Positions 42,450-54,543 are shown, numbered from the stretch's first letter. The stretch: DNA of 64,000 nucleotides from an uncultured cyanobacterium (GCA_963793425.1 CAWCAG010000005.1:1280001-1344000); one strand, 5' to 3'. Notes: generated by a model from the sequence alone, not told the origin. Program-made: numbers and translations.

Positions 42450-42735
42450 TAGCTGGCTCAAAAAAAAAGTGATTTTCGGGTTAGACAAGAGAATAATCTT
42501 CGATCTTCCTAGACTTAAAGGAGGGAGCTACAATCTTCGGTATCGCAGTGGTAGCCATCTTTAGTCTAATCAATAAAATACTAAATAAGTGAGAAATATA
42601 GACACATTTTTGTGCCAATTTTCTCATTGTCTGTTAGTTCTGGCGGCATTGCTTTAAAGTTAAGTTTTTTATCAACATTGGTAATCAACGGCGCTTCGAG
42701 TTTGATGAAGCTATTGATTTTCTAACCTGAGTAGA

Positions 42736-43182
42736 TTAACTTTCCCTGAACAAATTAGAAGTCTCAATGAAATTGAGCAGGATTCTCTGATGAGGAAGAC
42801 CGATGGGACGTACTTGCTCTGCTTTTTTAGAATAGCAATTTCCCCGGTGAATATCCTCAATTGTGACCAAATCAAGATCCCAACCTTCACCAAGGACTAG
42901 TTGTTCTTTACTCACTGTTAAAGGAGCATGGTAAATATATCTAATCACCTCAGCCTCAATACAACGGTCAAATAAGCTTAGGGAAGGAGGAGTATAACTT
43001 ATTTCTTCGAGTAATTCTCTTTTAACTCCTTCTAAGGGGGTTTCTCCAACTTCCAAGTGTCCACCAAAAAACCCCCAACATCCAGGATATAAAATGCCAG
43101 GAAGATCATCTCGTAGTTGCATTAAAAATTTTCCTTCACAATAAAGGACTGCGACAGCAACAGAAACTCTTGGTTCACTCAT
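42736..43182 (-). CDS. NUDIX hydrolase
   Basis: GGHLEVGETPLEGVKRELLEEI Nudix box. Confidence 0.92.
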   Translation of the reverse strand: MSEPRVSVAVAVLYCEGKFLMQLRDDLPGILYPGCWGFFGGHLEVGETPLEGVKRELLEEISYTPPSLSLFDRCIEAEVIRYIYHAPLTVSKEQLVLGEGWDLDLVTIEDIHRGNCYSKKAEQVRPIGLPHQRILLNFIETSNLFRES

Positions 43183-43188
43183 TTTGTC

Positions 43189-43581
43189 TTATTTATTTGT
43201 TTGCTTCCCTAGCTGTTCTATTTCCCCTACATATCTTTCTCCTAATTCTTGCTCACCTACCGGGATAGATTTGTATTGGATCTGCCCTTTAAGCAAAACT
43301 AAATCTCCTGGTTGAGGAAGATGGTGAGGGCTTTTCACCCAAATTGTTCCGGTGGAATCACTAAGGGCATAGGCTCCTTGATCTAGCAAAGGGACTTTTT
43401 CTTCTACTTGCCCCTTAATATAAACTGTAGAATCTAGCTTTTGTTGTTCTAGCTTTTGGATAGGAGTTAAGGTAAGTTCCTTTTCAACTGGAAAAGTTAC
43501 CTGAGAGCGATTCCACTGACTACAGCCAAGTAAACTGAGTAGTTGCAGTGTCATTAAACCACTTTTATATTTCTGTATCAT
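43189..43581 (-). CDS. Lipoprotein with OB-fold domain
   Basis: LLGC lipobox; VYIKGQV...LSDSTGTIWV. Confidence 0.7.
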   Translation of the reverse strand: MIQKYKSGLMTLQLLSLLGCSQWNRSQVTFPVEKELTLTPIQKLEQQKLDSTVYIKGQVEEKVPLLDQGAYALSDSTGTIWVKSPHHLPQPGDLVLLKGQIQYKSIPVGEQELGERYVGEIEQLGKQTNK

Positions 43582-43670
43582 TAAGCAATCTACCTGATTT
43601 ATTATTTTTCACGGTAGCTTATTGCTAACCAACGGTATCAGATTTGTTAAATATGGAGGAGCGATTGACT

Positions 43671-44552
43671 ATGACTCAGCTTTTAGATGGTAAAGCATTG
43701 GCGCAGAAAATTCAGATACAACTCAAGGAAAAAGTTGCTACCTTACAAGCAAAAGTTGGTCGTCCTCCAGGATTAGCAGTAGTTATGGTAGGAGACAATC
43801 TTGCTAGTGCGGCTTATATTCGCAACAAAGAGAAAGCTTGTCAAAAGGTTGGCATCGCTTCAATGGGTAAGCACTTTCCCAAAAATACAACTCAACAACA
43901 ACTCCAGGAAGTTATCGAAGAACTGAATGAAAATAAGCGAGTAGATGGTATCCTCGTTCAACTTCCCTTACCCGAAGGCTTAGATGCAGTTAGTCTTCTG
44001 CAACATATTCATCCTGATAAAGATGCTGATGGCTTGCATCCAGTTAATTTAGGACATTTGTTACGAGGAGAACCCGGTTTACGCAGTTGCACTCCTGCTG
44101 GAGTCATGGAGTTGTGCAAAGAGTATAAAATTGATTTAAGCGGCAAACAAGCTGTGGTTGTGGGGCGGAGCATTTTAGTGGGCAAACCCTTGTCCCTAAT
44201 GATGTTAGCAGAAAATGCTACTGTGACTATTGCTCACTCGCGATCCCAAGATTTAATTAATTTAACTCGTCGTGCAGATATTTTAGTTGCCGCAGTTGGT
44301 TCCCCCCGAATGATAACTGCGGAGATGGTTAAACCAGGAGCTACAGTTATTGATGTGGGGATTAACCGGATTGTCGATGAAAAAACCGGAAAATCCCGTT
44401 TGGTAGGAGATGTAGATTTTGACTCCGTAGCAGAGGTTGCTGGTTACATAACCCCCGTCCCCGGCGGAGTAGGGCCGATGACGGTAGCAATGTTATTACA
44501 AAATACAGTTTTAAGCTACGAAAAGGCAAGGGAATTTAGTTCATTGGTCTGA
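43671..44552 (+). CDS. folD: Methylenetetrahydrofolate dehydrogenase/cyclohydrolase
   Basis: [31 protein letters not shown]; likely start 43671. Confidence 0.97.
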   Translation: MTQLLDGKALAQKIQIQLKEKVATLQAKVGRPPGLAVVMVGDNLASAAYIRNKEKACQKVGIASMGKHFPKNTTQQQLQEVIEELNENKRVDGILVQLPLPEGLDAVSLLQHIHPDKDADGLHPVNLGHLLRGEPGLRSCTPAGVMELCKEYKIDLSGKQAVVVGRSILVGKPLSLMMLAENATVTIAHSRSQDLINLTRRADILVAAVGSPRMITAEMVKPGATVIDVGINRIVDEKTGKSRLVGDVDFDSVAEVAGYITPVPGGVGPMTVAMLLQNTVLSYEKAREFSSLV

Positions 44553-44579
44553 TAACTTCAAATAGCAATTAGCCATCAC

Positions 44580-45506
44580 CTAAAAACTACCAAAAGTATA
44601 ACCAACCCCCAAAACAATACCTACCTCTGTTTCATCAAGAAAACCAATATTCAAAGTTGCATTAGCAGTAAAATCTCTGGAAAGGGGGTAATCCACTCCT
44701 CCAGTCAAGAGAAAGCCCACGTCGCTATTGTCACTATTGGCGCTATCATCTTCACTATTGAAGATAATTCCTCCACCAACAAAGGGGAAAAACTGGGCTG
44801 GTTCAAAAGGATCTCGCCCAGGAAGGTTAAAGTCGTAGGTTAAAGAAGCTAAGAAGGCTGTGTTATCACTAAAATGTGCCGCAGGACGAAGAGATAAATT
44901 ACGGGAGAAGGCAATTTTGGCATTAACCACAAAAGCCCCTTCACCAACCCCAGTATCCCCAGTTAAACCAATGTTGCCCCCAACACCAATATAGCTAAAG
45001 CTAGAGCGGGTTAAGCGTCCTAATTCAATGTCTGTTTGCGCCAAGAGGGGAACATCTGACTCAAAGCTAGATTCAAGATCGAAGTTATCGGTTTTCTTTG
45101 GTAAAGGTTGCAGGGCTGCTGAGTTGGTTGTGGGTTGTTGCCATTCTTTGGCTTCTACGGGTTGGCTGGCAACAACTTCAGGCAAATCTTCTTCTAGGAT
45201 AGTATTGGCTTGCTTTTCTAAAGACTCATCTATTTTTCCCTGAGATAGTAAATCTAAATCCTTTTGCGAAAGAGTATTTCCTTGTTCTTCAATAGAATCT
45301 TCTGCTAAGGTTTCAGGCAAAGGAGAAATCGCCTCTTCTAGTTTTTGGGTTTCATCAAACTGCTGCAACCCAAGCTCAACACTTTCATCTAAGCCAGTTT
45401 CTTCACTTTGAGCAAAAACAGGTAGACACACCAAAGTTGCTCCTGTTACAAAGAAGAAAAAAGCAAGATTTTTAACAGAACATATTTTCACATTCACTCC
45501 TGACAA
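44580..45506 (-). CDS. Exported protein with acidic linker and outer-membrane beta-barrel-like C-terminus
   Basis: Signal peptide, SYIGVGGNIG, terminal GVGYTFGSF. Confidence 0.7.
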   Translation of the reverse strand: MSGVNVKICSVKNLAFFFFVTGATLVCLPVFAQSEETGLDESVELGLQQFDETQKLEEAISPLPETLAEDSIEEQGNTLSQKDLDLLSQGKIDESLEKQANTILEEDLPEVVASQPVEAKEWQQPTTNSAALQPLPKKTDNFDLESSFESDVPLLAQTDIELGRLTRSSFSYIGVGGNIGLTGDTGVGEGAFVVNAKIAFSRNLSLRPAAHFSDNTAFLASLTYDFNLPGRDPFEPAQFFPFVGGGIIFNSEDDSANSDNSDVGFLLTGGVDYPLSRDFTANATLNIGFLDETEVGIVLGVGYTFGSF

Positions 45507-45971
45507 TCAAAAACTATTTCTATTTTCCCTAATTTGGTCGTTGATGTCAGGTTATGCCAGATCCTGTTTAGTGGCACAGGTTATTTATTAGGGTGGGGAG
45601 TAGGGAGCAGGGAAGATTAGAATGTTTATTAGGTTCGAAATTTCAAGATGTCCTCACCTTGTTGCGTAGCGTCTCCGATGGAGAAGCCTACCGTAGGTAT
45701 CGCCCATTTGAGTTTAGGGTAAACTAGTTTTCCTTTTTTTAAGTTTGAGAAAAAAAGATTGCTTTTGCCTCCCTTTTTCGCTGAAATACTATTCGAGAAT
45801 AGTTTTATCCCCGATTTTGCCATGGAATACGTCACTAGCTCTATTGCTGCCGAAATATTGGTCGATTATTTGTTGTTAATTGCTAATTGCTAGTGGCTAA
45901 TTGCTAACTGTACAGCTTGCCGTTGCCGTTAGGCATCATTTCCTTATTGTGTCAGGATTAGAGATAGAAAC

Positions 45972-46607
45972 TTAAAGCTCAAAATCTTCCCTGAAATCAG
46001 CGCGAGTAAGGGGTTGTTCTATTAAAAGTCCTTCTCCTCCCAAGGTTTCTAAACGCTCTCCTTCTACTTCTAGCCAAACAGGAGCTTTCGGTTCTAAACT
46101 AGTTGCAGTATGCAATATTTGGGCTACACGCCCCATCATGGAAGCGCTGCCACCCCCGGTTGTAAATTCTTTTGATAAATCAATATGAATACCATCTTCT
46201 TTGATCTTAATACTATTAAGCTTGGTTCCTTCTGGTATGCTGGTTGCTAATTCTTCTGTCGGGGAACCAGCTAACAAACGCTTAAAGGCGCTATCAAGGA
46301 CTGCTTCAGGTTGATTAGACTTCTCTTTTTCGATAGCTATGGGGCTAGGGACAAGTTCTATATCACTACCAGAAGCATCAATCCAGAATACCTGAGCTTC
46401 TTTTTGTTGAATTTTGCTGCTTGAGAGTTTGCTTGTTTGGGAAGAATTGGGGGAGTATTCACTTTTAGATGAAGATAAATCCGTAGAAGAAGTCAGTATA
46501 TGCCAAGCCAATAAACCTGTGATTGACCCCACAGCGATGAGACTTGCAGCAGAGATTCCCGCAATAGTACTGAAAGAAAACTGACGGCTTTTTTCTTGCT
46601 CTTCCAC
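45972..46607 (-). CDS. GerMN domain protein
   Basis: TSIPEGTKL, IDLSKEFTTGGGSASM, LGGEGL. Confidence 0.88.
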   Translation of the reverse strand: MEEQEKSRQFSFSTIAGISAASLIAVGSITGLLAWHILTSSTDLSSSKSEYSPNSSQTSKLSSSKIQQKEAQVFWIDASGSDIELVPSPIAIEKEKSNQPEAVLDSAFKRLLAGSPTEELATSIPEGTKLNSIKIKEDGIHIDLSKEFTTGGGSASMMGRVAQILHTATSLEPKAPVWLEVEGERLETLGGEGLLIEQPLTRADFREDFEL

Positions 46608-46710
46608 GATTTACTCCTGAGTTTATAAGTGTATTTGCTTAAAAATAACTATAAACCAATTGTTAAGTGAATTATAGTTTTTTAAAGTGAAAGTTCACCC
46701 ATTATTCATT

Positions 46711-47535
46711 TTATGGTAGAGAATTAGCAGGCAAAGGTTCAAGGCGGACAAAAGCTGCTAAATTCATTACCTCTTCATCTATTTCTAATTGTAATACCCT
46801 TGCTAAAATCCCAGCCTGTTCTAATTCTTGTAAGTTTAAGCGGTTATTTAGTCCGGCAGTAAATCCCTGAATTAAAAAACCAGGTACAGGTGTATTATTA
46901 ACGGTTATAGTTGGCTCAACTAACTCAATTTTATGGCCTTGAGAAACAGCGAGTTGAGATTCTACACTTAAGTTAAGCTGGCTATTTGCAGACTCATCAG
47001 GATTGTTACGACGTAATTCCATTTGCAAACGGAATTTGTTGTTACCTAGGAAGCTAACGCGAGGGTTAATTAATTCGTAATCTTCAGCAGGGGAATTAGT
47101 GAAACCACTTACCAAACGAGTAACCACAGCTTGCATTCTGGCTTTGATAGCAGGAGATTGTAAAGCTTGGTTCAAATCTTCTTGGGACAATTCCAAGCGT
47201 ACTCCTCCTTGCAAAGGTTGGCGCAGAGATTGGCGCAGTTGAGATAAATTACCCTGTCTTATACCCTGAATATCAAGGCTGATGGGGTCAGTTTCTAACT
47301 CTAGGGCATTGATACGTAACTCAGGGGTTAAATATAGCCCTCTACCAGCAAGACGCACCTTCTCTACTTTACCTTGAATGATTTGGTAGCTAGGGGCATT
47401 ATCAATGCGAACTTCCAACTGTTCTACTTTAGCAAGTCGAGAACTAATCCGATTCTCAATGACTGTATCTAAAACTAAGCCTGTAGGGGAAATGGCAGCT
47501 AGTAAACTGGAGAGGAAAATAGTGAGAAATTCCAT
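46711..47535 (-). CDS. DUF2993 (LmeA-like) protein
   Basis: LEVRIDNAPSYQIIQGKV, DLNQALQSP. Confidence 0.78.
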   Translation of the reverse strand: MEFLTIFLSSLLAAISPTGLVLDTVIENRISSRLAKVEQLEVRIDNAPSYQIIQGKVEKVRLAGRGLYLTPELRINALELETDPISLDIQGIRQGNLSQLRQSLRQPLQGGVRLELSQEDLNQALQSPAIKARMQAVVTRLVSGFTNSPAEDYELINPRVSFLGNNKFRLQMELRRNNPDESANSQLNLSVESQLAVSQGHKIELVEPTITVNNTPVPGFLIQGFTAGLNNRLNLQELEQAGILARVLQLEIDEEVMNLAAFVRLEPLPANSLP

Positions 47536-47571
47536 AAATCAAGTTGGGAAAGGACTCTATCAACCCCAAAG

Positions 47572-48381
47572 TTAATAGGGCTTCTGACCCAGGATATTAC
47601 CAGGAGGATTGTAATTGCAAACCCAAACTTCTCGACCATTACTCCTGGCCATAGCACAACCAACTTCCGTTGTTTTTGACCAAACTACCTGGGTATAGTG
47701 ACCACAGACTTTGCCAGAGGCACAACTATTAGTTTCATAGTCGTAATCTTTAATTTCTCCTGCCCACATTTGTACTACTCTTTCCGGAGATAGTTGCTGT
47801 CCCCAAGCTGAAGCCAAGTTTTCTCCGTAGGGAGAGTTGAAGCGATGTTCTAGTTTATCTTGTTTAATTAATTTATTGGCCCAAGCTTGGGCAAAATTAG
47901 CTAGTTCATTAGACCAAGTTAAGGAGGCAACGCCATGGTTTTGCCGCCATTGGTTGTGGGCATCCAGCATTTGTTCAATACCTGCTGAAGAAGAAAGATC
48001 ATAAACATTGGTAGCAATTCCCTCAGCTTGAGCTTCTTCTAAGGATTTAATGCGATCTACCGTTACTCCTTGTTCAGTATTGCCGCTATCCACATAGGCA
48101 ACGGTATACTTCCAACCTCCTCTGGTATTGTACCCATAACCTATTAACCGGGCTTCTTGCCAACTACCATTTTGTAAGACATAAACAGCTTTGCCATCCA
48201 GGGGATAGGGAGGTTGTTGGGCAAGTAACATGGGCTTTGATGTGGGAGAATTTTGGTTAAAGTTTAGTTGTGGCGATCGCCCTTGGGCAGATAAATTATT
48301 GTTGAAGAGAGTGCTAATAATTGCGATCGCGGCGATAGTGATTTGAGAGAGTTGTTTTTTCATCCTTTTAAGAAAAAGCAA
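47572..48381 (-). CDS. CAP (SCP/PR-1) domain exported protein
   Basis: AHNQWR, YGENL, GHYTQVVW, VCNYNPPGN. Confidence 0.92.
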   Translation of the reverse strand: MLFLKRMKKQLSQITIAAIAIISTLFNNNLSAQGRSPQLNFNQNSPTSKPMLLAQQPPYPLDGKAVYVLQNGSWQEARLIGYGYNTRGGWKYTVAYVDSGNTEQGVTVDRIKSLEEAQAEGIATNVYDLSSSAGIEQMLDAHNQWRQNHGVASLTWSNELANFAQAWANKLIKQDKLEHRFNSPYGENLASAWGQQLSPERVVQMWAGEIKDYDYETNSCASGKVCGHYTQVVWSKTTEVGCAMARSNGREVWVCNYNPPGNILGQKPY

Positions 48382-48723
48382 AAGCTAAAAGTGTACATTA
48401 TGTACGCTAAATTCAAGTTTCTACTGAATAACTCAACAATAATAACTCTTAAGGTTATATAATCTAGCAGTCTCAACTATATTCCCTAAAAGAGTAAGCA
48501 AAGCTGCCGCTTACTTAAAGCTACCAACTTTGTCGAAATACCTTAGCTCCCTTAGCTAGAGAAGTTTGCAGATTATAAATTGCTATGAGTATGGCACAAT
48601 AAGATACGTTAATTAAATATCATTTGTAACGAAATTTCATTAAATAACGAGCTTTCTAATCACTCACAACCGGGGAAAGCCTAGCTTAAATTTTGTTTCT
48701 TGACAAATAACACTATAACTAAT

Positions 48724-49812
48724 ATGACTGTAACTGCTCCAGCACTGCTAAAAACTCGTCGTGTCGTCTTTCCCTTCACAGCTATTGTTGGGCAAGAAGA
48801 AATGAAATTGGCTTTACTCTTAAATGTGATCGACCCTAAAATTGGTGGGGTGATGATCATGGGCGATCGCGGTACAGGCAAATCTACTACCATTCGAGCC
48901 TTAGCGGATCTTTTACCAGAAATTGAGGTAGTAGCAGGCGATCCTTTTGGTAGTGATCCTCAAGATCCCGAATTAATGAGTGACCAAGTTAGGGAACAGG
49001 TAGAAAAACAACTTCCCTTAACCACCGAAAAGAAGAAAGTGCAAATGATTGACCTTCCTTTAGGTGCTACCGAGGATCGGGTTTGCGGCACTATTGATAT
49101 TGAAAAAGCTCTTTCAGAAGGGGTCAAAGCTTTTGAACCAGGACTTTTGGCCAAAGCAAATCGAGGTATACTTTATGTAGATGAAGTTAACCTCCTTGAT
49201 GACCACTTAGTTGATGTACTGTTAGACTCCGCCGCTAGTGGTTGGAATACCGTAGAAAGGGAAGGTATTTCAATTCGTCACCCTGCACGTTTTGTTCTCG
49301 TCGGTTCAGGCAACCCAGAAGAAGGGGAACTACGTCCTCAATTACTTGATCGCTTTGGGATGCACGCAGAAATTCGTACAGTGAAAGAACCAGCTTTGCG
49401 GGTACAAATTGTTGAACAACGAGCCGAGTTTGATCAAGAACCCCAAGAGTTTCTAGAAAAATATCAAAAAGAGCAAGAAGAATTACAAATTAAATTAGTC
49501 CAAGCTAGAGAACGCTTACCGCAAGTAGAAATGGACTACGAAATGCGAGTGAATATTTCTGAAATTTGTGCTGAATTAGACGTAGATGGACTGCGAGGAG
49601 ATATTGTCACCAACCGGGCAGCAAAAGCCTTAACCGCCTATGAGGGACGTAAGCAAGTAACCGTTGACGATATTCGCCGAGTTATGACCCTTTGTTTGCG
49701 CCATCGCTTGCGTAAAGATCCCCTAGAATCCATTAATTCGGGTTATAAAGTACAAAAGGCTTTGAGTAGAGTTTTTGGTTTAGCCCAAGAAGAGGTTATC
49801 AATAATGCCTAA
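48724..49812 (+). CDS. chlI: Magnesium chelatase subunit I
   Basis: [31 protein letters not shown]; likely ATG at 48724. Confidence 0.97.
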   Translation: MTVTAPALLKTRRVVFPFTAIVGQEEMKLALLLNVIDPKIGGVMIMGDRGTGKSTTIRALADLLPEIEVVAGDPFGSDPQDPELMSDQVREQVEKQLPLTTEKKKVQMIDLPLGATEDRVCGTIDIEKALSEGVKAFEPGLLAKANRGILYVDEVNLLDDHLVDVLLDSAASGWNTVEREGISIRHPARFVLVGSGNPEEGELRPQLLDRFGMHAEIRTVKEPALRVQIVEQRAEFDQEPQEFLEKYQKEQEELQIKLVQARERLPQVEMDYEMRVNISEICAELDVDGLRGDIVTNRAAKALTAYEGRKQVTVDDIRRVMTLCLRHRLRKDPLESINSGYKVQKALSRVFGLAQEEVINNA

Positions 49813-49887
49813 TAATCAACACCACAGCCCTACAATGATGTCTAACGGCAATTAGTCGTACAGTTATCAGTTATCAACCACCAACCA

Positions 49888-50670
49888 ATGACTGAACCAC
49901 TAATAGAGTTAAAGGGAATTAGTAAATCCTTTGGCAGCAATGTCATTCTTGACAACATTGACTTAACTATCAATACAGGAGAAGCACTAGTTATCATTGG
50001 TCCTTCTGGTACAGGTAAATCAACAATTCTCAGAATAATTGCTGGTTTGATGGCTCCTGATTCTGGTGAAATTTATATTAAGGGAAAGCTGAGAAAAGGG
50101 TTAATTGAAGACCACCAAAATCCCCTGGGTATTAGTATGGTTTTTCAACAAGCAGCTTTATTTGATTCCTTAACTGTAGGGGAAAATGTTGGTTTTTTAC
50201 TGTACCAACATTCCCACCTTCCTAAAGCTAAAATTCAGGATTTGGTAGATGAAACACTAGAAATGGTCGGTTTAACTGGTATTAGTGAGACTTTCCCAGC
50301 CCAACTTTCTGGAGGAATGCGTAAGCGAGTCAGCTTTGCTAGGGCAATTATGGCCAATCCAGAAGATATTCACAGTAATCCGGAAATTATCCTCTACGAT
50401 GAACCTACAGCAGGTCTAGACCCCATTGCTTCTACGGTAATTGAAAATTTAGTCCGACAGATTCAAGCTGTCTCGCAAGGGTGCGGAACCTATGTAATGG
50501 TCAGCCATCAACAAAGTACGATTCGCCGTACTGCCGACCGGATTATTCTGTTATTTCAGGGAGGTATCCAGTGGCGAGGAAAAGTGGCAGATATTGAGAC
50601 GACAGAACATCCTGCCATTAAACAGTTTTTTAGTGGTAGTCTTGATGGCCCGATCAAGGTAATAGATTAA
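49888..50670 (+). CDS. ABC ATPase, MlaF/TGD3-like
   Basis: GPSGTGKS, LSGGMRKR, YDEPTAGLDP; adjacent to MlaD. Confidence 0.9.
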   Translation: MTEPLIELKGISKSFGSNVILDNIDLTINTGEALVIIGPSGTGKSTILRIIAGLMAPDSGEIYIKGKLRKGLIEDHQNPLGISMVFQQAALFDSLTVGENVGFLLYQHSHLPKAKIQDLVDETLEMVGLTGISETFPAQLSGGMRKRVSFARAIMANPEDIHSNPEIILYDEPTAGLDPIASTVIENLVRQIQAVSQGCGTYVMVSHQQSTIRRTADRIILLFQGGIQWRGKVADIETTEHPAIKQFFSGSLDGPIKVID

Positions 50671-50700
50671 TTACAATAATCCTAAAGTTGAGGAGAAAAA

Positions 50701-52137
50701 ATGCGCTCTCGAACTATGCGGGAAGGTTCTGTTGGTTTATTAATCTTGGTAGCACTAGCTTTATTTGGTGGTCTGATTGTTTGGTTACGTGGTGTGGACT
50801 TTGGTAAAAGTAGCTATGATGTAACCATCAAATTTAATGATGCTAATCGTTTAAAAGTAGGGGCCCCAGTACGTTATTTAGGAGTAGATATTGGTACAAT
50901 CACCAGCATAGTACCCGTTAGTGATGGGGTTAATGCCACGGTGGAGGTTACGGATGCTGATCTGAGAATTCCTACAGATGTAATTATTCTTGCTAATCAA
51001 TCGGGGTTTATTGGTGAAACTTCTGTGGATATTAAACCCCTTAAGGATGATCTATCGTTACCTTTAAATAAGTCTACTCAGCCGACTAGCAAACAATGTG
51101 ATTCTACTTTAATTATTTGTGAAGGCGATCGCATCCCTGGCAGAATCGGTTCTAGTTTTGATGAATTGCTTTTAGCTAGTTTACGTTTTGCAGAAATTTA
51201 TAGTAGCGAAGAGTTTGTTACTAATATTAATAACCTGACCAAAAACGCTAATGCTGCTGCTTCTCAAGCTGCTGTTTTAAGCAAAGAATTAGCCCTGCTT
51301 TCTCGCCAAGTACGTCAAGAATTAGGTGCTTTCACAGGAACCGCCAATTCTATTACCAGGGCGACAGATCAAACCTCTGCACGTTTAGGGGTTGCCATAG
51401 ATAAACTATCTTTAAATGCTGATGTTACTAGTGCTGAACTTGGTAATACTGCTCGTCAATACGGTTCAACGGCTGTACGTCTCAATGAATTAGCAACTAA
51501 TGTCAATAGTTTAGTGGTTGATAATCGTGGTAGCTTGGTAACAACCCTTAATAGTCTTGGTGCTGTTAGTAATGAAATGCAAGGCTTTGTTGCTAACTTA
51601 AATTCTTCATTGGATGCTAATAGTAGTAGAAGGTTAATTAATAACTTAGAAACCCTCACTGCTAATGCGGCTCAAGCATCAAATAATTTAGAAGCTTTAA
51701 CAGCAAATGCCAACAATTTAACAGCTAATTTAGAAAACATTACTGGTACTTTTAGTGAAGAAGAAAATCTACTTTTGTTGCAACAAACCCTCGACTCAGC
51801 CAGGGTAACTTTTGAAAATGTCCAGAAAATTACTTCAGATGTAGATGAACTTACTGGTGATCCTGAATTTCGTAATAACTTATTAAAGTTAGTCAATGGC
51901 TTAAGTAATTTAGTCTCTTCTACAGAAATATTAGAGCAACAAATTGAAACAGCTAAAGTCCTAGATTCAGTTAATGTTGCCATTGATAATTCCGAAGCAA
52001 CTTTGGTGGATTTATCGGCTATTCCTCAAACCGATACTCAAACCTCTCCTCTCTACACTTCGAGGATTTCTCGTTTTTTAACCAGTCAACAACAAGAAAC
52101 TTTAAAGAAAAGAGCAATCAAAAATAAGAGTAATTAA
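50701..52137 (+). CDS. MlaD/MCE family protein (Ycf22/TGD2-like)
   Basis: REGSVGL + TM, GAPVRYLGVDIG, long helical tail. Confidence 0.9.
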   Translation: MRSRTMREGSVGLLILVALALFGGLIVWLRGVDFGKSSYDVTIKFNDANRLKVGAPVRYLGVDIGTITSIVPVSDGVNATVEVTDADLRIPTDVIILANQSGFIGETSVDIKPLKDDLSLPLNKSTQPTSKQCDSTLIICEGDRIPGRIGSSFDELLLASLRFAEIYSSEEFVTNINNLTKNANAAASQAAVLSKELALLSRQVRQELGAFTGTANSITRATDQTSARLGVAIDKLSLNADVTSAELGNTARQYGSTAVRLNELATNVNSLVVDNRGSLVTTLNSLGAVSNEMQGFVANLNSSLDANSSRRLINNLETLTANAAQASNNLEALTANANNLTANLENITGTFSEEENLLLLQQTLDSARVTFENVQKITSDVDELTGDPEFRNNLLKLVNGLSNLVSSTEILEQQIETAKVLDSVNVAIDNSEATLVDLSAIPQTDTQTSPLYTSRISRFLTSQQQETLKKRAIKNKSN

Positions 52138-52319
52138 ACTCCTACGGTTTCTAACCACTCAAAAATCATATCTAATTGATTTAAACTAACTAATCCATAC
52201 TGCCAAAGCACCATGGGTAAAGAGTCGGTACTATGATTGCTGTGGCGTAAAGCAACATCAATAGAAGGTTCAGGAAGTGCTAAGTCATGGCGAAGGAAAT
52301 CAATTAATTGGTTCAGCAT
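52134..52319 (-). CDS. DUF2949 small protein
   Basis: LPMVLWQYGLVSLNQLDMIFEWLE. Confidence 0.8.
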   Translation of the reverse strand: MLNQLIDFLRHDLALPEPSIDVALRHSNHSTDSLPMVLWQYGLVSLNQLDMIFEWLETVGV

Positions 52320-52484
52320 AAAAAATACTCTCTTTTTTGTCCCCTGGGTAAATTATTTTTATTTTTCTAACCCAAACTGATTATGACAAGTCCATATATG
52401 CGTACCAGTTTGCGTAATGTATACGCAATGTATAAATTAAAGGGAAGATAACGATTATTGATTTATTTAAGCTACTAATTCAAC

Positions 52485-52982
52485 ATGAACCTAAATATTC
52501 GCATTGGAAATGGTTATGATATTCACCGTTTGATAGAAGGAAGACCTTTAATTTTGGGTGGTGTAGAGATTCCCCATCATTTAGGATTATTAGGTCATAG
52601 TGACGCTGATGCCCTAACCCATGCCATTATGGACGCAATGTTAGGGGCTTTAAGTTTGGGAGATATTGGTCATTATTTTCCCCCTAGTGACCCTAAATGG
52701 GCTGGGGCTAATAGCTTAATGTTGCTTGAACAAGTTAATCAACTTATTACTGCCCAAGGTTGGCAAATTGGTAACCTTGATTCTGTGATTGTGGCGGAAC
52801 GTCCTAAACTCAAACCTCATCTTAAAACTATGGGCGATCGCCTAGCCCAAACTTTAAATTTAGAACCTTCCCAAGTTGGCATTAAAGCGACAACAAACGA
52901 AAAATTAGGCCCTGTGGGTAGGGAAGAAGGTATTTCCGCTTATGCAGTGGTGTTGTTGGTAAAAGAGAGTAACCCCAGCTAA
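52485..52982 (+). CDS. ispF: 2-C-methyl-D-erythritol 2,4-cyclodiphosphate synthase
   Basis: [32 protein letters not shown]. Confidence 0.98.
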   Translation: MNLNIRIGNGYDIHRLIEGRPLILGGVEIPHHLGLLGHSDADALTHAIMDAMLGALSLGDIGHYFPPSDPKWAGANSLMLLEQVNQLITAQGWQIGNLDSVIVAERPKLKPHLKTMGDRLAQTLNLEPSQVGIKATTNEKLGPVGREEGISAYAVVLLVKESNPS

Positions 52983-53145
52983 TCAATTGACATTCAAATT
53001 ATTCCTGTTAAACTAAGTCTTAATCTCATTGTAATTACTTACAGCCACAAAAAAAGCTTGCTCTAGCAAAAGCTTAAGGCATCTCTATTTTCAGCATCCA
53101 GGCGAAAAAACAATAACGGCAACTCACAATCCTGGTTCCAAATCA

Positions 53146-54233
53146 ATGGTGAAATTACTGAACAACCGCTATCGAGCCATTAGTACCTTGGGGAAAGGTG
53201 GCTTTGGGGAAACTTTTTTAGCGGAAGATACTCATAAGTTAATTCCCAAGGTAATTCTACCAGTTCTATAGTTATTGGTACTCCTGGTTTTATGCCTAGT
53301 GAACAAGCCGCAGGAAGGGCGGTTTATGCTAGTGATATCTATGCTGTGGGGTTGACAGCTATCTATCTCCTCACAGGGAAAATCCCCCAAAATTTAGCTA
53401 GTGACCCCCTGACAGGAGAAATTATTTGGCGACAGGTAGCGCCCCAGGTTAGCCCATCTTTGGCAGAAGTTTTAGATAAGGCGATTATGGCTCATTCTCG
53501 CGATCGCTTTGCTACGGCGAAAGAGATGCTTGCTGCACTGCAAAATAACTCCGAACAAATTCCTCCTACTATTACTTCTTCTCCTCTTCCTACTATTCCT
53601 TCCCCTCCACCAACCCTAACACCTGTAACTACCACTACATCAGGTACTTCTCAGAAAGGTTTGATTATTGCCGTGACTGTTGCGGGAATATTAATTGGTG
53701 CTTCTATTTTCGGTGGTTTTATGATAAGTAGCAATTCCAAGCAACAGCCTCAAGAGGAAGTAGCAACGGAAACATCAACTCCAGAAGTCAAGGAAGAATC
53801 GACAGAATCTCAACCGGAAGCAAGTCCTTCACCTGTAATAGAAAACTCTCCAGTCCCCAAACTTCCACCGTCACCGCCACCTGTATCAACAACTCCACCA
53901 CAGCAACAGCTAGCTATTCAATCACCAGAAGTACAATCCGAACAGAAGGGTTACTATTTCGTTACCGACTCTGCTTTTTCTGACTCTGGCAGTGCATCAT
54001 CACAAGTAAGCCGCTTACAAGCAGAGGGATATAATGGTGCAGGTATGTTTTGGATTAAAGACTATCCTAACCTATCTAACAAACCCCTTTATCAAGTTTA
54101 TGCTGCTCAGTTTAGCGATCGCAGCAGTTGTAGAAACTTTCTCCAAAATTACGCTCAACAGAATTCCGAATCTTATTGCGTTTTTGGTAGTAATGATCCT
54201 AATGCTTCTCCAGATCGATTTTATGCTCAGTAA
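53146..54233 (+). pseudogene. Ser/Thr kinase pseudogene with an internal out-of-frame deletion
   Basis: MVKLLNNRY...LGKGGFGETFLAEDTH jumps near 53236 to SIVIGTPGFMPSEQAAG in another frame; HRD and DFG subdomains absent. Confidence 0.88.
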
Positions 54234-54420
54234 GATCAATTATTAACACAATATTTTCTAGAATTTAACTTATGTTTAATCATCAAAAACAAGTTATAAT
54301 TCCCTTGCTTACTATCACGACAACACAAGTTTTATTTAGCTTACCAACTACTGCTCAAACTCCCTTAACTGAAGAATTGTTCTCCCAAATCTCAATAAAC
54401 CCACTCTGCAATTCTAGTTT

Positions 54421-54543
54421 CTAAAACTCCTTTTTTAATGCAGCATCACAACGTTCACAAATAGTCGGGTGTTCTTCAATAGTTCCTACCTGGCTTGAAT
54501 AATTCCAACAGCGATCGCACTTTTCCCCATCAGCTTTAACAAT
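54421..54543 (-). pseudogene. ileS: 3' fragment of isoleucyl-tRNA synthetase (C-terminal zinc finger)
   Basis: Translates [40 protein letters not shown]. Confidence 0.85.

Noticed and set aside
45629..45835. 68-aa intergenic ORF
   Set aside because: No recognisable motif; overlaps short palindromic repeat sequence
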